Shown piece by piece: positions 51,201 to 63,210 of a DNA stretch of 64,000 nucleotides. The DNA is from Saccostrea echinata (lineage: Eukaryota). Within the stretch, counting starts at the first letter, position 1, and each line of letters begins with the position of its first letter. Below the pieces are notes generated by a model that worked only from the letters and a program-made list of their open reading frames with translations, searched no databases and had not been told where the DNA came from. Location of the stretch: assembly GCF_033153115.1 (NCBI RefSeq), contig NW_026889802.1, positions 1,860,001 through 1,924,000 of the forward strand, in the 5' to 3' direction. Both the position numbers and the translations under genes were made by a program.

Positions 51201-54200
51201 TTTGATGTATCACAATTTTCCACATTTCTTTGTGTTATGACCTTCTTGGCAGTGGATTGATTACTTTCCAAAAATATACTGTCATTATTATCACCATTAG
51301 ATGAATGTTGCTCACCATTAGATGAATGTTGCCTGCCTTTAAAGCAGAACTTCCGACTTTTTCTAATACCCACTGTACCATTACAAAATGTGAGAGTATC
51401 GGCATTTTCTCTCTGTGCCGGTGTATTCAATGCAGTGCTCCTGCGAGAGCTCATTTTAGAAGTTTGATTAGATGCAGCTGTCATATGATTTGTGTCCACA
51501 TTATTATTACGTCTTTGTGACTCTGAATTTATCTTTCCCGAAGATGTATTGAAGTCATAAGAACAGTTCAAATAATCCAAGTCTTCCTCATCATCTACAG
51601 ATATAAATTTCCCCCACTTTGACGCAACAGATTCTGCATTATCTACAGGATTTCCTTCCACACCCCCTGTGTTAAAGTTCTCAGGATTGGTATCTAACTC
51701 TTGTCCTGAAGAATTCACTGAACCATACTCTGTATCTCTGACAGAATATGACTGCGAATCTTGACATTGATCTTTAAATGGCTGACTCCTCAGGCCTATC
51801 TTAGGTTGGTCCCTTGCTGATCCCACATCAGGAGAAAACATCTTCCTGGGTCTTCCATACACATTGTCTTTACAGATCTCTTCATCCTGTGAATTAAAAA
51901 CTGTGACAGATTCTGCTGTAACAAAGCTGTTGTTTTTACTTATATTGTTCAGCACCTCTTCTTCTGTTTCCAGCAGTGTATCAGGACTGTTGTATGACAT
52001 CTGATGACCTAATCTTGTTGTGGATTCTACGTTCCTGATGGAATTATTTCCAAAGTTGTTGTGATTTGAATATTTTCTTTTCACATAAGAGGGTTTGGCA
52101 CTATTCACTGAACTACCCACTTGTGATAAATTCTGTAACAGAATTTTTTTTATTTGATATTCACATATTTTACTAACAAGAACTGAATAATTATATACAA
52201 GAGATGTTTGTGAAACACTTATGCCCCCCCCCCCCAATAATTGGAATTTTTCTAAGTCCAAGGGACATAATTCTGTCAAAAATTGCTCGATCGTACCCAA
52301 AACAGAACTTGACCTAGATATTTTTATGATAAATCTGTATACCAAATTTCATTTCAGTATGTGCAACCTCTGTGAAGAAAATGAATGGAAACTGTTGGTG
52401 GACCGATAGACAGACAGACCGACCAACAGACAGCAGCAAAGCAATATGCTCTCCCTTCTTTGAAGGGGGGCATAAAAACACATACGAATATTCAACAGAA
52501 TGGTCTAAATTCTTGCCTCAGTATTTCTCTGTTCAGCTTGTAACTTGTCTATCCAATCTCCATGGACAGTTTCTTCTGACTGAATTTTGAAGTCTTAATA
52601 ATGAACGAATAAAAAGTACTCAATTCCTATTGCATATGTTGCAAACATGTAATAGTCTTTAAACATGTAATTTTCTTTGTCAGTTTTCAAATATGATAAG
52701 AATGTGCAAGATTAAATCTTAAATATGTAAAAGATTACCTGTTTTCCCACCTTTGGGGCCACGTCTTACTTGACTGAGGATGATATTTGGTCCAGTCTTA
52801 GAATTAAACCCAGTCTGTTGTAATGTTGGAATTCTGTGTCGCTTAGCAGTCATGCCAATGACACTGCCTCTCATTCTGTATGAATCCATCCTCTCAGAAA
52901 TCTATCAAATGTTTGTACACCATATACATTATAAAGCTAAATGAAAATGTTCATCAGGCTTTAAAAGAAGCATAAAATGCGTAGTTGTCTTGACTATTGT
53001 GGTTTAATACCCAAGTTAAAGCAAGTGAAACAGCTCTCTTGATCATCATTTTGGCACTGCTCTACAGAAAGTAAAAGAGGCCCTCTAATCCAATGTAATT
53101 AAATTATCATTTTTTATCAAAAAAACTTGACTGTTCAGAAAAAAAAATTAAATAATCTTGACCTTCTTGGAGAGATCCTTCTCTTCCATTTTCTGAGGAC
53201 TTCTGATGAGTTCTGATGGGTGAGGGAGACCCTTGAGAGCTAAATGTTAAATAGTATAAAAATTTGACAATGTTCACAAGAATATACATATATACACTAT
53301 ATCCATACTGCAAAAAATTTTTGAAACTGATAAATATGTAAAAAAAAATATTTTGAGCATTTTTTTGAAATGCTGCATTTGGCTCAAAATAACTTTAAAA
53401 AGCATTTTATATAAAAAGAGTCCCAGAAGTCTCAATGGTGTCACAATGCAATCTTGTTCGTTAGTTCATTGGGTGTTTGTTGTTTTTTCTTCTCTCAACA
53501 GCTTTGTAAAACTTCAGAACCCATTTGTGTCAAAGAAAGTTACACTATAAAATTTCTTCCTATGTTTATAAGACTTTGGAGCCTTCCTGACCGCATCCTA
53601 GCCCCAGGGAACACAATTTGAACAACCTTGATTTTTTTCTATACAGCAAAACTCGTTTAGTACGAACACGGATATTGCGAATTCACAGATATAGCGAAGT
53701 TTTCTTGGATCCCTAGCTAGATCAATTTAATGAATTCCTTATACGGATATAAAAAATTACGGATATAGCGAAGTGATTTCACAGGTCCCAGTGACTTCAT
53801 TATAACCGAGTTTTACTGTATATAAGGAGGTTTGTTAACATGTTGAGTCTTTCTGGCCCAAAGTATTATGGAAAACATTTTTAATTTGATTCTATCCTAT
53901 TCTTGACTATTTCTATCTCTGAATTAGAATCCTCACCTTTATATGCTAATTTTGATTAAAACTGCTTTTTAAGTTCTGGAGAAGAAGTTGAAAGCATTTA
54001 TGCACAATGACTGACAAACATGTACAGCAATAAGTCATACAAGTCACTGAGCTGATTTCAGGAACAAAGTAACAATAGGAAGGAAGACTTACAGTGACAT
54101 GGTTCTGTCTTTGGCACACAGTTCATTTCTGTACTATCCACTAAAGATGACAACATTGATGTGACACTGCAGGAGTCCATCTTCTCATTGATCCATCGCT

Positions 54201-57200
54201 GGTCAGACTCTTGATTTGATCTGAATTGATCATAGCGACGGAAATGTGGATTTATAAATACATTTTTCTCTTCAACATGTTCATTACTAATACATTCTAC
54301 TATATGCGATTTGTCCTCTGTCAGAGTATTGTCCCCTGAATCACATTTTTCAGAACATTTCAGAGAATTCAAACATGACTCAGAATCAGCTTTGTATTCT
54401 TGTTGTTGATGTCTATTCAGTCTCAAAGGAGATGTATCAAACATTGATTCATCTTCAGACCAGCTGGTTTCAAACACAGGCAATTTAACATTTCCTACTT
54501 GCACATCTGATGAATTCATTATCAAATGGGCATTTTGTGATATCCAAGAAGAATTTGTTTGAGAACTTTTGAAAAAATATCCTGGTGAATCTGGGCTCAA
54601 TTCTAGATATCCTAGAGACTTTTGAGAAAACCCCTCTGAATCTGTTTGGCCAGCTACTCTCTTCTGGGACATCCCACTCTGCTTTGCCTCCTCCTTCTTT
54701 ACATGTTTTTCTCTGTATTCATTTACAGTTATGCAGGGTGTTTGACTTGAATCCAGACAATGATTGACTCCATCCCCAGTTTTACAAATGGTGCTCTCCT
54801 TCTCTTTAAGACTGTTAGGGTCTTTGACATCTCTATGACTGGTACATGTGTTTCTTTCCTCTGCTATTTCCACATCTTGATTATCTTCCTGCAGTACTAA
54901 ATTATCACCCTTATTCACTTCTGTTTCATCCAAAGCTTTTCCATTAACCATTATTTTCACTTCTGTTTCTGAAGACAGTGAGTCTGATACCTCTGCAGAC
55001 TTGACACTCTGTTCTTGTTCTTCCTGCTGCTGGATGTTTTCTCCACTACCTGGTGGTTCCTCACAATCACTGTCGTAGTCTGATGGTATCACCGACAAGG
55101 GGGAGAAAGATATGGCAAACGAGGCCCCTCCTTGACAATCCATCTCATCTTCTTCCCCCTCCTCCTCTAAATAATCCCCACTCTCCATCCTTATGTTAAG
55201 ACACTGCTTAGAACTTTCTTCCTTGGAAAGATTCACATCTTTCTGAATTAATTCAACATCTGTCAATTCTGACTGATTATTAACTTCATGCACTGAGATA
55301 GCAGAATCTTTTTCATCAACAATGTTGCTTGTAACATTGTCTGGGTGTTCTCTTACTGCACTGAATTGAGGTTCACTTATTACATTATGTTGAGGTTCAT
55401 TGTGCACTCTAAGATGTGATTCATCCTTTACATTGTGTTCAGGTTTCATTACCACAGTATGCTGAGCTTCACTCTGCACTGCTTGCTGAGCTTCACTCTG
55501 CACTACTTGCTTAGGTTCACTCTGCACTACTTGCTGTTCACTCTGTACTACTTGCTGAGGATCACCTATAATTTGTTCAGGTTCACTCCTTATAATGTGT
55601 TGAGGTTCTACCTCCACTCTACCATCTGATTGATAGTCGGGACTCTCACACAGTGACTTGGTTCTCTCAGACTCCATACAAGTCACCATGCTTGGTGTTG
55701 ATATCAGGTCATAATGACTGTCATCTGGTTGGTTTTTAGAATCAGCAATGAATGACCCACTGTTGTGAAAAGACCTTTGTGAAGAAAAAGATAATAAATG
55801 GGATTGATCACAGTCATTGCTAAGGTTAGGGATGCCTGGAGTGGCAGGAACTTCACCTTGTTGTTGGTTCCACTGTAACATTTGTCCCTCTTTCTCACCA
55901 TCCACTGGCTGAACCAAAGGACTCATTTTATCAAATGAACATTTCAGTTCATTAGTACTGGAAAGTCTATTTTGGGGGGAGGGTTTTGTTATTGGTAAAT
56001 TTGTATTACATGAGTTGCCTTCTGTGATCAGAGTTTTGCTAGAAGTCTTGGATAAAAGAGCTAATATTTGTGTAGTACTTCTCTTCTGATGTGAAGTAAA
56101 GGAGTTTTCTTGCATTGTGTGCTGTAAGCCACAAGTGTTTTCAACAATCTGCTCTCTGATAAAATGAGTGAAGGGTTTTGGGCCTAGTTCTTGAATGTCT
56201 GTATCTTGCTGAGAATCTAATTTGGAGCTGCCTGGGGATTGGCTAGATCCAATTGTGCTCCAAGGAGATGTTGTCAGGGACCTTCTGTTCATCAGACCAA
56301 TCAAAGGTGAGGAATTCTCTCTGTAACTCCCTCTATCTGGAGAGTTTTGGGCTCTACTGTTAAGGAACAGTGGATCTGTTCCTGACATCTCTGAGTTATT
56401 TAACTCTGACAAAGTTCTTCTGGGGCTAACTTGATTTAAAATGTTATATCTTCTTTGAAATGATGCAAAATGATGAGATTTTCTGACCGGACTCTGACCC
56501 TCCATTTCTCCACAGTTTACATTAGCTATCTGTTGTTTTGGAGGTTCTGGATCTTTCGCTGCAATAAGTCTTGGAGGAACAAAACCCTACATAGAGGAAA
56601 GAGGTTACCAATTATCAACTTAGCAAATATGAGATTTACAACTTTGAACACACTTATGAGGGGTTTATAAATAACATTTAAAAGTACATCAATTTAACAA
56701 CTCTCAAAGATATATAAAGAAAGTTGAAAGAGAACGAAATAATGGTTTAAAAGTTCGGCAGATCATAAAGTAAGATTTATAACTTTCATGAAGTGGCATG
56801 AAGTCAGTATGTCTTAATCGTCTGAAAATAATGTCGCATAATTTTAACAATAAAAACACCTACCTATTATGATATTGTGGAATATAAAAGCATTAGTACT
56901 TATCATGTTGACCAAAGGCTTTTAAATGTATCGACTATAGTGCAGATTTGTATTTTATTACCTATCGAATCAATTTTTATGACAATTTATAAGACACAAC
57001 AAACTCTAAGTACATGTAATATATTATAAACAAGAAGATAGAAAACTAAAAATCTTACACATATGTCATCTTTACTTCTCTAGAAGTCAATACATGTATT
57101 TGTATTCTGTCCGTCTGTTTTACATAAAATCATTTCAATTAATAAAATAATAATTTCTCCTACTGGTGACTAACTTGACTCTTGAAATTCACATCTCTTT

Positions 57201-57291
57201 GTCCAGAATACAGTGTAGTCTAGAGTGTAAGCAGATATTTTATTACTGAATGACTCTGATCATTTACCAAGTAATTTGGGACATTTTGCCC

Positions 57292-57330
<39 letters not shown>

Positions 57331-60300
57331 TCACATGCTGCCTGTGTTGAAATTGTTTTTTATCTAGAGATTTGAATGTAAGTGGGAAATTTATGCTCAA
57401 CTTACTCCACGACCCTTCTTGAGACCTGTCCTGATCTTTGATTTATTTCCCCCTGATCTGATTGGTCCAACAGCTGGTTGATCTCTAGGAGTATCATTCT
57501 GACTGGTTGCACCAGATTTAGACTCCTCCTCTATCAAGATGTAGTGTCGATCACTCTCTAGTTGCTCACCAAGCAAGATGTCCTCTGATCGCACATGAAT
57601 TGTGTCTATTCGGCAATTCTTGTCATCATAAAGTACACCCTGTATCATGGTATATTCAGAATTTTTTTATGGCATCAAGTAACTAAAAAGAATAATTTTA
57701 TCAATATATATATATTTTTTCTCTAGCTATGAGGGCTTATAGTCTAATACCTAAGCTTATAGTCTCCTTCTAAATAGGAGCAATCCCTCTTAGGTCATAC
57801 ATACTGAAGGCAAGTGTTCACCTGATACCCATTTACAGCATGGTAGAATATTGCATTGAAAATTGAGTATTGTGTAAAAACATGCAATATGGAATGATCA
57901 TGCAAGGATAGAATATGATCTAGCAACCTTCTGATTGCAAGTCTACTATAGTCTTACCATCTAGATTACAATGCTAAATGCTTTACAAAATTATCAAAAT
58001 ACTATACAATATTTCAAGTGTATAATAATTTTAAAGAAAACAGAACTTTCCTAGGTGTAAAGTTTAAATATTATCAAGTATTCTCTGAAAGTTGAGTATG
58101 CATCACATTGTTCATGACTTCTTTTTTTTCACCAAAAATCATATTTTTGTACGCAGTTTTATTTTGAAAATATTCAAAAGTGTTGTTTAAATCATTTTCA
58201 AATACAACAGCATAAGTAAGACGTTAATGGCAGTTGAAAAATATTACCTCCATATTAAATTGCAAACAATGGATATTTTTTAAAAATTCTTCAAACTGAC
58301 TGGGCAATTTTATGACAAAATATGAATTTTGATATGTCTTTTGAGGTGAACTTTTAAGTTTAAAGAGATGGTTATTTTGTTGACAATTTCCAGAAGGTGT
58401 TAGGTTTATGGTTCTATTTTGGGCATTTATACTGACAGGTATACAACTACTTGTCCCTGTTTATAAGAACATGTACTGAGATTACACCCTGTATTCCTCT
58501 TTATTCACCTTTCTTCCAAGTCCCAATAGTGTAATGAGTGCAGGCCTCTAAGTCCCCAGGTGTTTGTTTGTGGAAACAAGGTAGGTCTAAAAGAATTTAT
58601 CTATTTTAACAGTTTTTTTCCTAGTTTATAAAATTGCATAATTAGTCATCATATCCTTGCAATCAGAAGGCATCATAAAATTTACAGTAATAATTAATGT
58701 TTATAAGAAATGTTAATTATGACTACATAGTGGTCCCGCTTTTCCCATTTAAAATTCCTTAAAATGTTGTTAATTCAAAAAATAAATACATGTACACAGG
58801 TGGGAAAAATATAGATTGAAAAAAAATAAAATACCAGTACAGTGAAGCTTGTCTAATCTGGATATAGTGTATTCCGAAATTTTGCCTATTACAAAGTAAA
58901 TTTTTAGTTCCTTTCATTGAATTTAATTTAAATGTTGTCTACTTCTGAATGTTGTCTAGTCCAGTCAATTTCTTTGGAACCAATGGTGTCCAGATTAGAC
59001 AAGTTTTACTGTATAAAGAGGCCCATGGGCCACAATGCTCACCAGAGTTACTTTGGCTCAGAGAATGTTTTTTAAGAGCAAGGTTCACTTAGGACCTTTT
59101 TTGTCCCCATGAATGTCTGAAAAATCAGAACTCCCCAATTTCAGTGACCCTTGGTGACTGCATATCTATTAAAAATGATATGATTTTCTCAGCTAGCCAA
59201 AATATGACATCATGAATTGCATCAATATACCCATACTAATATTCTGAAAATTCCTTCAAAAATGGTAAAAAATTTAAGCTATTTTTCAATATTTTATATA
59301 TACACAGCCTCTGATCCAAAATGTGCAGGTATACCATGTATAATGATAGAACAGTTTCTGAATATTATAAAACACATCTTATTTTTTGGATCGTTGGCTG
59401 TGCTCATATTTTAATTCTTTGCTGAAGGTACTCAAATACACCTGTTTTCTGGAAAATGCAAGAACATTGCAATTTCACAGAGCCCATTTTCCAAATCCTG
59501 GAATCTCAAAGGAATCTTTGTTATAGGAAATGAAAGCACTAAGTATCTACTTTATATTGATGTTTGAAATGGGACATAGGGTGTTAGTTAATTAATTAGG
59601 ATATGGACAGGGCCATTTTATGCATATAGTGAACCTAGCTTTTTTCCCTCTTTGATTTCATAAATATTTTGACTCCCTAAAGGATTATGATTTATTCAAA
59701 GTTAAGTCAACACAACATTGGGATGCTTCAATACCAATATGATCAACTAGTTCCTGCTGTTTTGTTGGAGATTTTTTCCTATTCAAGTGTTATGTAAAAT
59801 TTGGATATCTGATTTCGGCTAAACTCTAATCCAGAGCTCATACTTTAAAAAAAACCCAATCTACTCTAATTTTTATAGGTATGTTTTGCTTATTAATTAG
59901 ATTATGATCTTGCAACTCTTTTATAAAGATTGTGTCCTGTGTACTCCCTTGTAAAACTCTGATCCCCTATTGTAGTCTCAACCTATTCTCAAGTGCCCTA
60001 TCTGAACAAACTTAAATCTAAACTCTTTGAGGATGCTTGCATATCAATATGCCTTTTCATGGCTTTGCTGTTCATTAGAAAATAATATTTTAAAGATGTT
60101 TCCTATGTAAAATTTTGATCTCCTATTGTAGCCCGACACTACCTTTGGTGGTATTGATTTGAAGAAACTTGAATCTATTCTACCTAAGGATGCTTCCACA
60201 TTAATATGACTAAAAATGCCAACACTGTTCTCAAGATTTATTCCTATATATTCCCATGTAAAACTTTGTCTGCCTATTGTGGCCCCATGGCATCCTAGCC

Positions 60301-60786
60301 ACAACACACAGGGGTCATGATTTGAACAAACTTGATTCTACACTACCTGAGGATGCTTCCATATAAATTAGACTAACATGGCTTTGCTATTCTTCATCAG
60401 AAGATTTTTGGTAAGTGTTCCTATGTAAAACTGTAATTGGCCATTGCATCCCCACCCTAGCCTGGGGGTAATAATTTGAATAATCTTCAGTCTACACTTG
60501 ATGCTTTCATATAAATATGACTTATCATGGCTTTGCTGTTCTTGAGAAAAAGATTTTTCCCATATATTCCAATGTGAAACTTTGATCACCTATTGTGGCC
60601 CAACTCTAGCCATGGGGTCATGATTTGAACAAATTTGAATCTACACTATGTAATGAAGCTTTAGAGTAAGTTTCATTTATTCTGGTCCAGAGGTTTTTGA
60701 GAAGATTTTTAAAGGATGCCATTAAATTTTCTCTAATTCTTAATTATATCCTCTTGAAAAAGGTGTGGCCCTTTTAATATTTGAAC

Positions 60787-60821
<35 letters not shown>

Positions 60822-61438
60822 GCAAGTTTAGTTGTAATAGGCCCAGTGGTTCTTGAGAAGAAGTTGAAAATGTGAAATGTTAACAGATGACGGATGCCAT
60901 ACACCTCTCTATCAGAAAAGCTCACTTGAGCCTTCAGCTCAGGTGAGTTAAAAAATTCTTCACTTTTGGGGTAAATCCTGTCTTTTCAATGTATTTTTCT
61001 TCATTTCAAGATAATACACAGCATAAATTTGAAATTCAACTTTGTATCCAACCATCTACAACTTTCTTGACTATAGAAGCAATACTTACTCTTACTTTGA
61101 AAAGCTTTCTCCATTTGAAAATCTTTAATTAAAAGTTCAGTAAAACATACCCTTGTTCCATTGCCAGAAAATCTGAGAGTGCCATCATGCCATGTCTTGG
61201 CTTTCTTTGTTTTTTGATTTGTATACAAAATCTAAAATAGTTGAAATGATCTTTAGCTATTTGTCCTTTTTTTCATACATAGAAATTGATAGATTACCCA
61301 TAATAAAATTAACATTGTACAAATACAATCAGAAAAATATAACCTATTCTCATCAAATCCAAAATATTAACAAGATTTAATTCATTGTAATCATTAATAA
61401 TTTTCAGGTGATCATACCACAAAACTCCTCTCTGACAT
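36249..61438 (-). CDS. ZGRF1: ZGRF1 5'-3' DNA helicase (DUF2439, disordered region, GRF zinc finger, UPF1/DNA2-like SF1 helicase), ~2,400 aa, ~30 exons
   Basis: Minus-strand exons: 61438-61418, 61231-61151, 57639-57406, 56586-54093, 53239-53163, 52901-52739, 52575-52517, 52132-50780, 50690-50552, 49509-49423, 49296-49139, 48994-48815, 48731-48635, 48467-48321, 47872-47758, 47650-47551, 47255-47126, 46472-46313, 44521-44444, 43382-43296, 42893-42845, 42500-42423, 42301-42200, 42048-41965, 41838-41710, 40675-40464, 37961-37842, 37347-37238, 36916-36737, 36454-36249. Motifs LYTNQKTKKAKTWHDG, CHCG..KEGPNKGRYFYSC..CKFFQW, HGVFGAGKS, TTNVAVD, ILDECSQ, VGDPKQL, QYRCHP, TVDAFQG, RTNVALTRAR. Confidence 0.93.
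37426..37870 (-). repeat. 38-39-bp minisatellite copied from a ZGRF1 exon end plus donor (~11 units)
   Basis: Minus-strand unit AACAACACAGGCTTTATAGACAATCAAAA|GTAAGTGTAT and variants; true donor at 37841. Confidence 0.9.
38716..39571. mobile_element. TTAA-flanked non-autonomous DNA transposon (Kolobok-like)
   Basis: TTAA-GGACATTGGCAAG ... CTTGCCAATGTCC-TTAA: perfect 13-bp TIR and TTAA target duplication. Confidence 0.85.
39832..40388. mobile_element. Tc1/mariner-superfamily MITE
   Basis: TA-CTGTAAATCTGGAAATTTTTAC ... GTAAAAATTTCCAGATCTACGG-TA. Confidence 0.8.
40752..41683. mobile_element. pogo/Tigger-like MITE
   Basis: TA-CAGGTAACTCTTGATAGCTCGAA ... TTCGAGGTATCGAGAGTTACCTG-TA, with repeated subterminal CTCGAA motifs. 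Confidence 0.85.
43496..43726. mobile_element. Short TA-flanked MITE
   Basis: TACCGTATCAGTGGAAATTTTAGCGAG ... CTTGCTAAAAATTCTGTTTATACAGTA; repeated TTTAGCGA motifs. Confidence 0.7.
43797..44422. mobile_element. Long imperfect hairpin (43801-43937) next to a TIR element (43945-44421)
   Basis: TTATTGAC..CAGGTATTGGTTGACC-GAGGCCGAAGGCCAA-GGTTAACCAATACCTG..GTCAATAA; ATTAAATAATCAGGAATTTT / AAAATTCCTGATCATTTAAT. Confidence 0.6.
45354..46353 (-). repeat. 53-bp minisatellite = 41 nt of ZGRF1 exon end + 12 nt of donor/intron, 19 copies including the real one
   Basis: Minus-strand unit TCCTCCACCACAAATGTGGCTGTGGACAGGGTTCTCATGGG|GTAGGTGTCATT; exonic part encodes SSTTNVAVDRVLMG (helicase motif Ia). Confidence 0.95.
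49660..50585 (-). repeat. Diverged junction-derived array with a homogeneous 49-bp core (~49697-50170)
   Basis: Minus-strand core CAATAGGTCCTCATATCAACTCTTACAGATCAATACA resembles the exon end AAACAGGTCCTCATGTCTGCTCTCAGAG|GTCAGTACA at 50552; period 49 (49928, 49977, 50026, 50075). Confidence 0.8.
52197..52478 (-). mobile_element. Short HINE (single internal unit)
   Basis: ACAAGAGATGTTTGTGAAACAC end; GACA/GACC microsatellite; ATGCTCTCCCTTCTTTGAAGGGGGGCAT hairpin end. Confidence 0.75.
53644..53818. mobile_element. TA-flanked MITE nested in a decayed HINE remnant (~53415-54060)
   Basis: TA-CAGCAAAACTCGTTTAG ... TATAACCGAGTTTTACTG-TA. Confidence 0.75.
58840..59011. mobile_element. TA-flanked MITE
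   Basis: TA-CAGTGAAGCTTGTCTAATCTGGA ... TCCAGATTAGACAAGTTTTACTG-TA. Confidence 0.8.
59014..60951 (-). mobile_element. HINE (Cg170-like family) with a nested TIR insert (~59081-59636)
   Basis: AAGAGGCCCATGGGCCACAATGCTCACC end; ~165-bp units; GAAAAGCTCACTTGAGCCTTCAGCTCAGGTGAGTTAA end. Insert bounded by AGGTTCACT / AGTGAACCT. Confidence 0.78.
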
Positions 61439-61874
61439 ATTTATTACTGCCGTAGATATAGTTGAACTTTACATCTGTATTCCTGAGAGAAAAAAGAAAA
61501 TTCAGACACAAGTGCTGGGAATATCATTCATTTTAGTGTAATTCATAATGAATTCTTTTTCAGTTGGCACGAACTAAACAGTATTTGAAATGTTAATTTC
61601 TGCACGAAATAGACCTATAACCACTGATCCCTCTTTCATTGAGTCTCTTTGTCTTGCCACTGTCTTGAAAAAAAAGTATTGCATTATCAACCAAATAATG
61701 TGATACTTAGCTTCAGGCTTATTTAGACTGGTAAACTTCAGATATGTAATAATAAATGTTTGAACATATTATCAGTCTAATAGTGTTTAAACAAAATCAT
61801 TGAAGCATGATAAAAGTAAAGGCAGATTCTCTCAAATCTGAATTCATTTTTTAACATATTTTTTTCTTAAATAG

Positions 61875-63122
61875 ATGCTTGGGAAATGGCGTACAGCCTC
61901 AGTTACCTATGATCAGTCACATCTCAATCATAATGGATCAAAGGGGAGAAATATTAGTGGCAGCTTTATTGAATTATGTGTAAGCAACTACATGTTATCC
62001 CATGACCCTTCAGAGCACCAAAAGGATCTACCTCCACACAGAATGGCAGGAATTATCATTATGAGTATCCTGACTGTTGTCATGGTGATAGCCAATATCT
62101 TGTCAATATGTACCATAGCAACCAATCATATTCTGCAACAGTCATCATACTACATATTTGTTTTGAGCCTGGCTATAGCAGACCTCCTAACAGGTGCCAT
62201 TATTATGCCCATCTATATTATCTGGGAATACAATGGTCAGTGGCCATTTGAAAAATTCTCCTGTGAAATTGTGACAGCTCTAGACATTGCATTTAGTGAC
62301 ATATCCATCTACATCCTGGTTCTTATAGCTCTGGATAAGTATATTTACATAACACAACCTTTACTGTACCATACAAAGCTAACAGTGACCAGAGCTCGTC
62401 TACTTATTGTAGCCCTCTGGGTCATCTGGTTGACCTTTGCCTTTGTGTCCATATATGGAGATATTGCACTGGACGAAAAATCTACAAACCTGTTTTCTAA
62501 CAATTGTATATTCATAATGAATGACATCTACACAGGAATAACAGGCATTGTGGCTTTTGTGATACCATTCCTAATCCTGACATACACTGGTATCAGAATC
62601 TACTGCATAGCTCACCTCCATCTCAGGAAAATCTCTCGCTGTCATCTTGATCCCCTTAACATCAGTACAGCTACTTTCACTGAACTGGAGAATTACCAAG
62701 TAAAGACAAACAACAGTGGAAGTGGAACTCTTCATTCAACTGCTCAGCATTACAACAGACCATCAGATGTTTCTATCAGATCTGAAAAACTAATAAAGAA
62801 GGCAACGTTATGTAAACCATTTGGAACAGTGGTGATTATTATTGTTTTTTTCCTTATAATGTGTGCCCCCTACTGGATCGCTACAGGCTCAGATATTTTC
62901 TGTCACTGTGTGGCTCCCTGGATATATGAAGATATTCTAGCAGTTGTCTATAATCTCAACTCACTTGTTAATCCATTTATATACATAATGACAGACAGGC
63001 AATACAGAGCTGCAGTAAAAAGATTACTAATTAAATGTCACAATGTTCTGTGCAAAAGCAAGCATGCTACCATCAACAAAACTAACACTCCAGGCAGTAA
63101 CTGTAGACAGAGACATTTATAA
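61875..63122 (+). CDS. Class A (rhodopsin-like) GPCR, biogenic-amine-receptor-like, 415 aa, single coding exon
   Basis: Seven hydrophobic helices; SLAIADLL, WPF..C, D3.32, DKY in place of DRY, FVIP, CAPYW, NSLVNPFIY; N-terminal sequons NGS and NIS. The ATG directly follows an acceptor (TTTTTTCTTAAATAG). Confidence 0.92.
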   Translation: MLGKWRTASVTYDQSHLNHNGSKGRNISGSFIELCVSNYMLSHDPSEHQKDLPPHRMAGIIIMSILTVVMVIANILSICTIATNHILQQSSYYIFVLSLAIADLLTGAIIMPIYIIWEYNGQWPFEKFSCEIVTALDIAFSDISIYILVLIALDKYIYITQPLLYHTKLTVTRARLLIVALWVIWLTFAFVSIYGDIALDEKSTNLFSNNCIFIMNDIYTGITGIVAFVIPFLILTYTGIRIYCIAHLHLRKISRCHLDPLNISTATFTELENYQVKTNNSGSGTLHSTAQHYNRPSDVSIRSEKLIKKATLCKPFGTVVIIIVFFLIMCAPYWIATGSDIFCHCVAPWIYEDILAVVYNLNSLVNPFIYIMTDRQYRAAVKRLLIKCHNVLCKSKHATINKTNTPGSNCRQRHL

Positions 63123-63210
63123 ATAACAGAGATTAAAAACTGTTCAAAATCCAACAATATCTCATAGGCCCTGCTGTTTAATATTTTTCAATTCTAGCAT
63201 TTTTTAAACC

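Noticed and set aside
52133-52345. N-terminal part of the 566-aa ORF 50645-52345
   Set aside because: It is intron plus HINE read-through; the real exon is 52132-50780.
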